Origin: Pseudomonadales bacterium | Lineage (GTDB): Bacteria; Pseudomonadota; Gammaproteobacteria; Pseudomonadales; UBA7239 | Direction: 5' to 3' | Length of the DNA stretch: 64,000 bases | Assembly: GCA_035430165.1 (NCBI GenBank) | Contig: DAOMGE010000001.1 | Location: 121,804-185,803, forward strand | Shown here: piece after piece, positions 1 to 8,662 of the stretch | Position numbering within the stretch: the stretch's first letter is position 1 | Layout of the letters: every line of letters begins with the position of its first letter | The notes under the pieces: model-generated | What the model saw: the letters and a program-made list of their open reading frames with translations, nothing else | The model's database searches: none | Told to the model about the DNA's origin: nothing | Translations under genes and position numbers: made by a program

Positions 1-1483
1 CCAACGCACGGTAATCCTTCTCCCATTGCTTGGTTTCTTTCTTGGACACACCACCAGCAACTTGCAAGGCTTCACGCAGGCGCGCACGGGTCAGGTCAGA
101 GCCCAGCAGGGCCATCGAATCAAACAACGGCGGTGAGGAAGTGGAGCCGGTCAGGGCAATGAAAAGCGGCTGCAGAAACGCCTTCATTTTCAAGCCGCCC
201 ATCGCATCCACCAGCGCCTTGATCGACGCGTACAGGTCATCGCGCGCCCAGCTGCGCTGGGTATCCAGCAGCCAACCGGTGTATTGCAGGATGCGACGCA
301 ACTGTTCATCGTCCATGTTCAAAGCATCGAAATCTGCCTTGCAGATATCCGGCATGCCCGAAAAGAAAAAACTGACCAGCGCAGGCAATTGGGAAAAGCG
401 CTCGACGCGACTCTGGATCAGTGGAATCAGTGGTTTCAGGTAGTTCTCGTTCAGTGCCCACTGCCCAACCCGTGCGGCAAAGGCATCGGCGTCAAGGTTT
501 TCACGAATCCAGCGGCCGTTGAGCCAGTCCAGCTTTTCTATGTCGAATACCGGCCCACCAAGAGTGATGGTTTTAAGGTCGAAATGCGCCAGCATCTCGT
601 CCAGTGTGAATTTCTCTTCCTCATTCGGCATCGACCAGCCCATTCGCGCCAGATAATTGAGTAACGCTTCCGGCATATAACCCATGCGACGGTAGTAGTT
701 GATGCTGGTGGGATTCTTGCGCTTGCTCAGCTTGGATTTGTCCGGGTTGCGCAATAGTGGCAGGTGGCACAAGACCGGCGCTTCCCAACCGAAATACTGG
801 TACAGCAACAAATGCTTGGGCGCAGAGTTGATCCACTCTTCACCGCGAATCACATGGGTAATCTGCATCAGGTGATCGTCAACCACATTCGCCAGATGAT
901 AGGTCGGCATGCCGTCACCTTTCATCAACACCTGCATGTCCACCTGCTGCCAGTCGATGACAATCTTGCCGCGCAACAAGTCATCAATTTCACACTGGCC
1001 CTGTTCAGGAATTTTCATGCGAATAACATACGGTTCACCAGCCGCAAGTTTCTGCTCTACCTCTGCCTGCGTCAGTTGCAGGCTGCGGCCGTCATATTTT
1101 GGTGTTTCACCTCGCGCCATCTGTTCGGCACGCATCTGTTCCAGCTCTTCCGCCGTAGCAAAACAGTAAAACGCATGCCCCTTGTTGATCAGCTCCAGCG
1201 CGTAATCCTTGTAGATAGACATGCGCTCGCTCTGGCGATACGGGCCGTGCGGACCACCGACATCAGGGCCCTCATCCCAATCCAGTCCCAACCAGCGCAG
1301 AGACTGCAATATCGCCATCTCGGATTCCGGCGTGCTGCGTGCCTGGTCGGTATCCTCAATACGCAAAATAAATTTACCGCCGTGCTGACGCGCAAAACAC
1401 AGGTTGAACAACGCGATATACGCTGTACCGAGGTGGGGATCACCCGTAGGTGATGGTGCGATGCGTGTACGAATGTCAGACAT
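1..1483 (-). CDS. gltX: Glutamyl-tRNA synthetase (3' end runs off window; only the extreme C-terminus is missing)
   Basis: Reverse translation from the ATG at 1483 reads [50 protein letters not shown]. This is the class I synthetase HIGH region and the GltX N-terminal signature. The frame stays open to position 1. It is absent from the ORF track because there is no stop inside the window. Confidence 0.9.
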   Translation of the reverse strand, partial: MSDIRTRIAPSPTGDPHLGTAYIALFNLCFARQHGGKFILRIEDTDQARSTPESEMAILQSLRWLGLDWDEGPDVGGPHGPYRQSERMSIYKDYALELINKGHAFYCFATAEELEQMRAEQMARGETPKYDGRSLQLTQAEVEQKLAAGEPYVIRMKIPEQGQCEIDDLLRGKIVIDWQQVDMQVLMKGDGMPTYHLANVVDDHLMQITHVIRGEEWINSAPKHLLLYQYFGWEAPVLCHLPLLRNPDKSKLSKRKNPTSINYYRRMGYMPEALLNYLARMGWSMPNEEEKFTLDEMLAHFDLKTITLGGPVFDIEKLDWLNGRWIRENLDADAFAARVGQWALNENYLKPLIPLIQSRVERFSQLPALVSFFFSGMPDICKADFDALNMDDEQLRRILQYTGWLLDTQRSWARDDLYASIKALVDAMGGLKMKAFLQPLFIALTGSTSSPPLFDSMALLGSDLTRARLREALQVAGGVSKKETKQWEKDYRAL

Positions 1484-1510
1484 AAAGAAACCGCCTCATA
1501 GAGAGGCGGC
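1484..1510 (-). terminator. Hairpin plus T-tract after korB (candidate rho-independent terminator), directly abutting the gltX start codon
   Basis: The minus strand reads GCCGCCTC-TCTAT-GAGGCGG followed by TTTCTTT and then ATG (gltX). The 7-bp GC-rich stem lies about 55 nt downstream of the korB stop. Confidence 0.5.
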
Positions 1511-1564
1511 AATTATAGGGCTTGATGCTGCAGGCGACGAGCCTGAATGCGGATAACGCGATGA

Positions 1565-2617
1565 TCAGCGCAAACTGGCGTTGATACGATCCAGTGCGGC
1601 ACTACCAGGGCATAACTCTTTTTCTGTGAGCGAATTGAGCGGTTTGGCGGTGGTGTTGAGAAACTGGTGCGTCTCTTCCGCTTCCGGATCGATATACAGC
1701 AATCCGGTCAGGATATCGCCATCCTTCAACGCAGCACGTTGCGCCGCCAGGGCGGCACTGCGATCGCGAGGATCATGGTTGCTACCGGCTTTCTGCAAAC
1801 GCACCACAGAACCGTCGTGCAGCGTCACCTCCTGCGTGGTGCCTTCGAGATAGCTGGTGACAATTTCTTCGCGCATTGGCACGAAATCGACAGCGCCGGT
1901 TGCTTCCAGATGCTCGCGCACGTAATCGTAACTCTTGGTCGAGCCCTTGTGATTATTGAACGTTACACAAGGAGAAATCACATCAATAAAGGCAAAACCA
2001 TCGTGTGACATCGCTGCCTTCAGCAAGGGCACCAGTTGTTCCTTGTCGCCGGAAAAGCTGCGGGCCACAAACGTAGCACCGAGCTGCAGGGCCAGACTGA
2101 CGAGATCCATCGGCTGGTACTGGTTTTCACTGCCTTTCTTGCTAATGGAACCGACATCTGCCGTAGCAGAATCCTGACCTTTGGTTAAACCGTAGCACCC
2201 ATTATTTTCGACGATGTAAAGCATATTGAGGCTGCGGCGCACCACATGCGCGAACTGACCCATACCGATAGACGCTGTATCGCCATCACCCGATACACCG
2301 ATGTATAACAAATCGCGATTCGCGAGATTGGCGCCGGTAGCAACAGAAGGCATGCGTCCGTGTACCGAGTTGAAACCATGTGACTGGCCGAGAAAATACG
2401 TTGGCGTTTTCGATGAGCAACCGATACCAGACAATTTCGCCACACGATGCGGCTCGATCGACAACTCATAACAAGCACGCACTATCGCAGCAGAAATCGA
2501 ATCGTGACCGCAACCTGCACACAAGGTTGACAGTGAGCCTTCGTAATCACGGAGGCTGTAACCCAGTCGATTGGGTTTCGCTGATGGATGTTCAAAACGG
2601 CTGCGGACGTAAGTCAT
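1565..2617 (-). CDS. korB: 2-oxoacid (2-oxoglutarate):acceptor oxidoreductase, beta (TPP-binding) subunit
   Basis: 350 aa. Contains LCAGCGH, GIGCSSK and GDGD..IG motifs typical of the KorB/OorB TPP-binding subunit. Lies immediately downstream of the alpha subunit. Confidence 0.9.
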   Translation of the reverse strand: MTYVRSRFEHPSAKPNRLGYSLRDYEGSLSTLCAGCGHDSISAAIVRACYELSIEPHRVAKLSGIGCSSKTPTYFLGQSHGFNSVHGRMPSVATGANLANRDLLYIGVSGDGDTASIGMGQFAHVVRRSLNMLYIVENNGCYGLTKGQDSATADVGSISKKGSENQYQPMDLVSLALQLGATFVARSFSGDKEQLVPLLKAAMSHDGFAFIDVISPCVTFNNHKGSTKSYDYVREHLEATGAVDFVPMREEIVTSYLEGTTQEVTLHDGSVVRLQKAGSNHDPRDRSAALAAQRAALKDGDILTGLLYIDPEAEETHQFLNTTAKPLNSLTEKELCPGSAALDRINASLR

Positions 2618-2647
2618 GTCGCTCTCTTTTCTCTCAATTGGTGCCGC

Positions 2648-4486
2648 TTACACACTTTTGCGGATGGGTGTAACCGTCGCAGGATGCAAGTGGCCTCGGA
2701 TTTTGCGCAGGATCTGCTGCGCAGTGATCGGCATGCCATCGAAATTCAATACCGGAATCATTTGCAGTGGCGACACATCGTTTTCCGCCATCAGCAAGGT
2801 ACGCAACTGCGCATCACGATTCTGCTCGATAACAAAGACTTTTTCATGGCGCGCAATAAAATCATCCACTGTTTTATTGAACGGAAAGGCACGGATACGC
2901 AAGGCGTTCAGTCGAATACCCTCTTCGGCAAGGATATCCAGCGCTTCGCGCGCCGCCTCCGTGGAAGTGCCAAAGAAAATCACTCCGTACTTCGCCTCAT
3001 CATGCTGCGCATACAATTCCGGCGCAGGAACATACTGTTTCGCAGTTTCAAACTTGCGAACCAGACGCTCCATGTTCTCGACATATTTATCCCCGTCTTC
3101 GGTGTACACCGCATAGGTATCACGTGACGTGCCGCGCGTGAAAAACGAGCCTTTGCTCGGGTGCGTGCCGGGAATTGTGCGATAGCAGATTCCATCACCA
3201 TCAACATCAAGGTAACGGCCAAATTTTTCAATCTTGTCGAGTTGCTCGGCGCTAAGCGTCTTTCCTCGCTTGTAAGACCGCTTGTCATCCCAGCTAAGCG
3301 GAGGTGACATGTGATCGTTCATACCCAGTTCCAGATCCGTCAGCATGATGATAGGCGTTTGCAACTGTTCGGCGAGATCAAAGGCATCCGCCGTCATATC
3401 AAAACATTCTTTCGGTGTGGCAGGGAACAACAACACATGCTTGGTGTCACCGTGCGAGGCGTAGGCAGACAGGAGAATATCGGACTGCTGTGTACGTGTC
3501 GGCATACCGGTAGATGGACCAGCGCGCTGCACATCAATTAACACCGCAGGAATTTCAGCGAAGTAGGCGAGGCCGAGAAATTCGCTCATCAGCGATACGC
3601 CCGGACCAGAAGTCGCCGTGAAAGAACGCGCGCCATTCCAGTTGGCGCCGATCACCATGCCCATCGCGGCCAACTCATCTTCCGCTTGCATGATGGCAAA
3701 GTTTTTCTCGCCAGTACCCGCATCGACGCGCAAGCGATTGGCGTATTTATCAAACGCATCCACTACCGATGTGCTCGGTGTAATCGGGTACCACGCAGCA
3801 ACTGTTGCACCACCGTAAACCGCGCCCAGACCACAAGCGGTATTACCGTCCACAAGAATACGGTTGCCAACTTTATCGCAACGTTTGAGGCGTAACCCTA
3901 ACGGACACTGGAAGTGATCTTTCGCATACTGGTAGCCGAGTTCCAGGGCATGCACGTTCGGAGCAATCAGCTTTTCCTTGCCCTTGAACTGGTCGCCGAT
4001 CAGGCCTGTCAGCACTTCGAATTCGATATCCACCAAGGCGGCCAACGCACCGACATAGATAATGTTCTTGAACAGCTGGCGCTGGCGGGGATCCGTGTAT
4101 TCACGCATGGAAATTTCCATGAGCGGAATCGGCAGGATATGGATATCGCTGCGCAGCAATTTTTTATCAAGCGGCTTGGTGGAGTCGTAAATAAAGTAGC
4201 CGCCTGGCGTCACATCAAGAATATCTTTTGCTATCGATTGTGGATTCATCGACACCATAATTTCCGAACCACCACCACGGCGACCCAGATAACCTTTCTC
4301 GCAAATACGCACTTCATACCAGGTAGGCAAGCCCTGGATATTGGACGGAAAAATATTGCGCGGGCTGACCGGAATGCCCATGCGGAACACCGCTTTTACA
4401 AATAGCGCGTTGGCGCTTGAAGAGCCAGTACCGTTAACGTTGGCAAACTTGACAACAAAATCGTTGACCGCTTCGAGTTTTTTCAT
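2648..4486 (-). CDS. korA: 2-oxoacid (2-oxoglutarate):acceptor oxidoreductase, alpha subunit
   Basis: 612 aa. The N-terminus FANVNGTGSSSANALF...GIPVSPRNIFPSNIQGLPTWYEVR and the central GNTACGLGAVYGGATVAAWYPITPSTS are characteristic of fused gamma/alpha KorA proteins. Confidence 0.9.
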   Translation of the reverse strand: MKKLEAVNDFVVKFANVNGTGSSSANALFVKAVFRMGIPVSPRNIFPSNIQGLPTWYEVRICEKGYLGRRGGGSEIMVSMNPQSIAKDILDVTPGGYFIYDSTKPLDKKLLRSDIHILPIPLMEISMREYTDPRQRQLFKNIIYVGALAALVDIEFEVLTGLIGDQFKGKEKLIAPNVHALELGYQYAKDHFQCPLGLRLKRCDKVGNRILVDGNTACGLGAVYGGATVAAWYPITPSTSVVDAFDKYANRLRVDAGTGEKNFAIMQAEDELAAMGMVIGANWNGARSFTATSGPGVSLMSEFLGLAYFAEIPAVLIDVQRAGPSTGMPTRTQQSDILLSAYASHGDTKHVLLFPATPKECFDMTADAFDLAEQLQTPIIMLTDLELGMNDHMSPPLSWDDKRSYKRGKTLSAEQLDKIEKFGRYLDVDGDGICYRTIPGTHPSKGSFFTRGTSRDTYAVYTEDGDKYVENMERLVRKFETAKQYVPAPELYAQHDEAKYGVIFFGTSTEAAREALDILAEEGIRLNALRIRAFPFNKTVDDFIARHEKVFVIEQNRDAQLRTLLMAENDVSPLQMIPVLNFDGMPITAQQILRKIRGHLHPATVTPIRKSV

Positions 4487-4501
4487 GATCTCATCCCCGC
4501 C

Positions 4502-6304
4502 TCAAGCCGCACACTTCTTGTCTGGAGTGTCTTTGCCGGCTTTGGTAACGCTGTAAAGATATTTCTGCATATCCCACGCTGACGTCGGGCAGCGCTCTGC
4601 ACACAAACCGCAATGCAGGCATACGTCTTCGTCTTTTACCATGATCCGGCCCGTGCTGAGGCCATCAGCAATATAGAGCGCCTGTTCATGATTGATCGCG
4701 GGTGCACTCAGGTGTTCACGCAATACATTTTCATCGTCGGCAGGCGCTGTAAATGTAATACAGCGTGTCGGGCAAATATCAACGCAGGCATCACATTCAA
4801 TGCATTTGCTGGCGGTGAAAACCGTTTGTACGTCACAGTTCAGACAGCGCTGCGTTTCTTCATACGCGGTAGCAACGTCAAAGCCCAGCTCCACTTCCAG
4901 CATACGATCGGCAAGCGCTTTTTCTTTCGGCGCATGTGGCACCGCATAGCGCACATCGTGCGAAATGGCGCTGTCGTAGCTCCATTCGTGGATACCCATT
5001 TTCTGGCTGATCAGGGTAGTGCCTGGTTCAGGTCGTGTATCCACAGACAAACCGCGACAGAACAGATCAATCGAGATGGCGGCCTGATGGCCTTGTGCTA
5101 CTGCAGTAATTACGTTTTTCGGACCAAATGCGGCATCGCCACCAAAAAAGACTTTCGGGTTGGTGGACTGGAACGTCACCGCATCCAGCACCGGCATGCC
5201 CCACTTGTCAAAACTGACACCACTCTCCGCTTCAATCCACGGAAATGCATTTTCCTGACCGACTGCCATCAATACGTCATCGCACTCGAAAAATACGATT
5301 TCGCCGGTGGCTTTCATTTCGCGTTTGCCGTCAGCATTGATGGTAGCCACCGCTTTTTCAAAACGCATGCCGACCAATTTGCCATTTTCCACCACATACT
5401 CTTTCGGCATGTGATTGTTGAAAAACGGAATACCTTCGTGCTGTGCGTCTTCAATTTCCCACGGGGAGGCTTTCATTTCCTCGAAAGGGCTGCGCACAAC
5501 AATCTTCACATCTTCACCACCAAGACGGCGAGCCGTACGGCAACAATCCATTGCTGTGTTACCACCACCGATAACCAGTACACGCTTGCCAATTTTTTTG
5601 GTGTGGTTAAATGCAACATCAGCAAGAAAATTGATGCCAATGCGGATGTTAGCCGCCGCTTCCTCACGGCCCGGCAACTTCAGGTCACGGCCGCGCGGCG
5701 CACCGGTACCTGCAAACACGGCGTCGTAATTTTTATCGAGAATACTGACAAGACTGTCAACACGGGTATTGTAATGCGTGACAACACCCATATCGGTAAT
5801 GAAATTCACTTCCTGGTCGAGCACTTCGTGTGGCAGACGGAAAGAAGGAATCTGGCTGCGCATGAAACCACCGCCTGCAGGCTGGTCATCATACAAGTCA
5901 ATTTCGTAACCGAGTGGCATCAAATCACGCGCCACCGTCAATGACGCCGGACCACCTCCGATCAGGGCAATGCGCTTGCCATTTTTCTGCGACGGGATTT
6001 TCGGCATCATTGCCTGCACGTCGCCCTTGTTATCCGCAGCGACCCGCTTCAGGCGGCAAATAGCTACCGGCTGGTCTTCCACGCGACCACGGCGGCAAGC
6101 CGGCTCGCAAGGTCGATCACAGGTACGGCCAAGCACGCCCGGGAATACATTCGATTCCCAGTTCACCATATAGGCTTCGGCGTAACGCTCTTGCGCAATC
6201 AGGCGAATGTATTCGGGGACTGGCGTGTGCGCCGGACAGGCGTACTGGCAATCGACAACTTTATGGAAATATTCTGGATCTTGGATGTTGGTGGATTTCA
6301 CCAC
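4502..6304 (-). CDS. GltD-like NAD(P)H-dependent FAD oxidoreductase fused to a C-terminal 2x[4Fe-4S] ferredoxin domain (KorC-like electron-transfer subunit)
   Basis: 600 aa. An N-terminal Cys cluster (CQYACPAHT...CDRPCEPAC) is followed by two dinucleotide-binding motifs (IALIGGGPASL, VLVIGGGNTAMD). The C-terminus carries CIECDACVDICP and CLHCGLCAERCP. There is a 15-nt gap to korA. Confidence 0.8.
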   Translation of the reverse strand: MVKSTNIQDPEYFHKVVDCQYACPAHTPVPEYIRLIAQERYAEAYMVNWESNVFPGVLGRTCDRPCEPACRRGRVEDQPVAICRLKRVAADNKGDVQAMMPKIPSQKNGKRIALIGGGPASLTVARDLMPLGYEIDLYDDQPAGGGFMRSQIPSFRLPHEVLDQEVNFITDMGVVTHYNTRVDSLVSILDKNYDAVFAGTGAPRGRDLKLPGREEAAANIRIGINFLADVAFNHTKKIGKRVLVIGGGNTAMDCCRTARRLGGEDVKIVVRSPFEEMKASPWEIEDAQHEGIPFFNNHMPKEYVVENGKLVGMRFEKAVATINADGKREMKATGEIVFFECDDVLMAVGQENAFPWIEAESGVSFDKWGMPVLDAVTFQSTNPKVFFGGDAAFGPKNVITAVAQGHQAAISIDLFCRGLSVDTRPEPGTTLISQKMGIHEWSYDSAISHDVRYAVPHAPKEKALADRMLEVELGFDVATAYEETQRCLNCDVQTVFTASKCIECDACVDICPTRCITFTAPADDENVLREHLSAPAINHEQALYIADGLSTGRIMVKDEDVCLHCGLCAERCPTSAWDMQKYLYSVTKAGKDTPDKKCAA

Positions 6305-6605
6305 AGACTCCCAACGGCGGGCCTTTCGTTGGCGCGGAATTCTACAGCAAACAACCCTTGATGGGTGCCCGCTATTTGACTGAATTTACCGAATTTATTG
6401 ACCAAAACCACCTGACAAATACATTTCGCCTGCCACCACCGCACCAGACCTGTGCATGAAGGCGTCACCGCCCTGCAAGCCCCGATGATCTGTGTGGCCG
6501 CTCGCTGCTCGCCATACATGCAGAGCTTAATCCGCATCAAGAATCCGCCAGAGTTTATGCGTATCATCCTGAAGACCAGCAAGCCCTGACTGGAAGGAGT
6601 CCCGC

Positions 6606-8072
6606 ATGTTTGAATCAGCCGAACTGAAACACAAGCTGTCTGACAAGGAGTATGACGCACAGGTACCTGCCCTGCGCGAGGCGCTGCTGAATGCCCAGTT
6701 TGACCTGCTGGAAAAACGCGATCGCTCCCTGCTCATTATCGTCGGCGGCGTAGACGGTGCAGGCAAAGGGGAGACAATCAACCTGCTTTCCAGTTGGCTC
6801 GATCCACGCCACCTTGATGTACACGCCCTCACCGCCCACAGCGACGAGGAGCGGGCACGACCCGAGTTTTACCGCCATTTCCGGCGCCTGCCTGCCAAGG
6901 GCACGATCGGCATCCATTTCGGTTCCTGGCATTCGATGCCCATTCTCCAGCACGCTTACAAGAAAACGTCTCGCAGCGAGATGGATGCACAGCTGGCGCG
7001 TATATGTCAGGTGGAACGCATGCTCGCTGACGAAGGCTGGGTGCTGCTGAAACTGTGGTTCCATCTGTCCAAGGACCAGCAGGAAAAACGCCTGAAAACC
7101 CTGTCCAGGGACAAGCACCAGAGTTGGCGAGTCGCCGATACGGATTGGGAACGGTTCAGGATGTACGACCGTTTTGCCAAGGTATCCTCGCGCGCCCTGC
7201 GGGAAACCAGCACCGACTTTGCGCCATGGCACATCATTCCGGGCGCCAATCCGAATTATCGCCACGTCACGGTCGGTAATGCCGTGCTGGCCGCCTTGCA
7301 AGGCGGCGCGCCCAAGCCACCTACGTCCGTTGCTGTACGCCCGACACCGCCTGCGGATGGCGTCCACATTCTCGCCACCCTCAACACCAGCAAAAAACTC
7401 ACCAAGCCCAAATATGAAAAGCAGCTGCTGGATTTGCAGGGACGACTGAACCTGGCCATTCGCAACGAGAAATTCCGCGACCGCTCACTGGCGCTGGTGT
7501 TCGAAGGCTGGGATGCGGCCGGCAAGGGCGGCGCAATCCGTCATGTCACGTCAGCACTGGATGTGCGCAGCTACCACATCACGCCGATAGCCGCACCAAA
7601 TGACGAGGAGCGTCATCACCCGTATCTCTGGCGCTTCTGGAGGCATGTACCGAAAGCCGGCCATATCGGGATTTTCGATCGCTCATGGTACGGGCGCGTG
7701 CTGGTCGAGCGCGTCGAGGGTTTCTGTTCGGAAGCAGACTGGATGCGCGGCTATACCGAAATCAACGAATTCGAAGAACAGATGCACGAACGCGGTACCG
7801 AGGTGATCAAGTTCTGGCTGCATATCAGCGCCGAAGAACAGATGCGCCGCTTCAAGGAACGTGAAGCCACGGGCTTCAAGCGCTACAAGATCACCGAGGA
7901 GGACTGGCGCAACCGCAAGCAATGGCCTGCCTATGAAAGTGCAGTGACGGATATGGTCGATCGCACCAGCACCGAGCATGCACCGTGGACACTGGTAGAG
8001 GCCGAGGACAAGCGCTATGCACGCATCAAAGTGCTGAAAACCATCGTGCATCGACTGGAAAGTATTTTATAA
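6606..8072 (+). CDS. pap: Two-domain polyphosphate kinase 2 family protein (polyphosphate:AMP phosphotransferase type)
   Basis: 488 aa with two PPK2 units, each carrying a P-loop-like motif (GVDGAGKGETI and GWDAAGKGGAI) and the FWRxxP motif. An RBS (GGAAGGAG) lies upstream. Confidence 0.85.
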   Translation: MFESAELKHKLSDKEYDAQVPALREALLNAQFDLLEKRDRSLLIIVGGVDGAGKGETINLLSSWLDPRHLDVHALTAHSDEERARPEFYRHFRRLPAKGTIGIHFGSWHSMPILQHAYKKTSRSEMDAQLARICQVERMLADEGWVLLKLWFHLSKDQQEKRLKTLSRDKHQSWRVADTDWERFRMYDRFAKVSSRALRETSTDFAPWHIIPGANPNYRHVTVGNAVLAALQGGAPKPPTSVAVRPTPPADGVHILATLNTSKKLTKPKYEKQLLDLQGRLNLAIRNEKFRDRSLALVFEGWDAAGKGGAIRHVTSALDVRSYHITPIAAPNDEERHHPYLWRFWRHVPKAGHIGIFDRSWYGRVLVERVEGFCSEADWMRGYTEINEFEEQMHERGTEVIKFWLHISAEEQMRRFKEREATGFKRYKITEEDWRNRKQWPAYESAVTDMVDRTSTEHAPWTLVEAEDKRYARIKVLKTIVHRLESIL

Positions 8073-8552
8073 ACCGACTGGTTGCAGCATTTTTTCCATA
8101 CGCAACGCATTGCAACCATCCTCATAAAAACCGGCTATCTCGCCAAACACCTGATAGCCGTTTTTCCGGTACAGGCTGATAGCCGCCGGATTATCCTCCC
8201 GCACTTCCAGGCGCATCGCGGTGGCGCCTCGCTCTGCTGCTGCTCGCTCCAGCACCGCCAGTAATTGTTGCGCGATACCGCGACCACGCGCCGCTGTATC
8301 CACCGCAATCGAATACAGGCGGCAAACAGATGAGCGCTTGCGAAAAAATAACAAGCCACTGCCCAACAGATTCCTCGCATTGTCATCGACCACCCACAGC
8401 TGGGCAGTCGATGACGACAACGCATGCAACATGCTGCGACGACTCAATCTGTCGCTTGTAAAACAGCGCTGCTCGAGCTGTTCCAGCTGAAGCAGGTCAC
8501 TGCGCGTGGCGCGACGTATGACAACACGATGAATAACAACAGGATCTGGCAT
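8067..8552 (-). CDS. GNAT family N-acetyltransferase (RimI-like)
   Basis: 161 aa. The acetyl-CoA binding motif RGRGIAQQLL and the ending ...AISLYRKNGYQVF are typical of the GNAT fold. Confidence 0.8.
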   Translation of the reverse strand: MPDPVVIHRVVIRRATRSDLLQLEQLEQRCFTSDRLSRRSMLHALSSSTAQLWVVDDNARNLLGSGLLFFRKRSSVCRLYSIAVDTAARGRGIAQQLLAVLERAAAERGATAMRLEVREDNPAAISLYRKNGYQVFGEIAGFYEDGCNALRMEKMLQPVGL

Positions 8553-8662
8553 GGCGAAACAAAGATCTCCCTTGAATGTATCGATCTTGCGATGTGTTGC
8601 ACCCTGCTGCCTTTATATCAATAATGCCGGTCATTCGCACACAAGCGCCGCAGGATTCCCGC

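Noticed and set aside
4613-5944. A 443-aa plus-strand ORF lies opposite the GltD-like/ferredoxin gene. Similar long antisense ORFs occur at 24754-25752, 29267-29953, 31028-31939, 53380-54075, 56063-56908 and 62095-62844.
   Set aside because: Each lies entirely antisense to a gene with unmistakable family motifs (cox, KstD-like, radical SAM, SDR, thiolase, acs). Their translations are Arg/His/Ala-rich low-complexity sequence with no recognisable motifs. These are shadow ORFs typical of GC-rich coding DNA.
6305-6605. I examined the 300-nt intergenic region between the kor module and the PPK2 gene for a tRNA, small RNA or riboswitch. I examined the other gaps over 100 nt in the same way (26068-26286, 43291-43444, 48158-48370, 51777-51901, 61461-61578).
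   Set aside because: I saw no tRNA-like T-arm or anticodon-arm pattern and no recognisable riboswitch core sequence. There are only weak sigma70-like hexamers, such as TTGACC-17 nt-CACGAT at 43380-43408 and TAGAAT at 32207-32212. These are too weak to report as features without transcript data.
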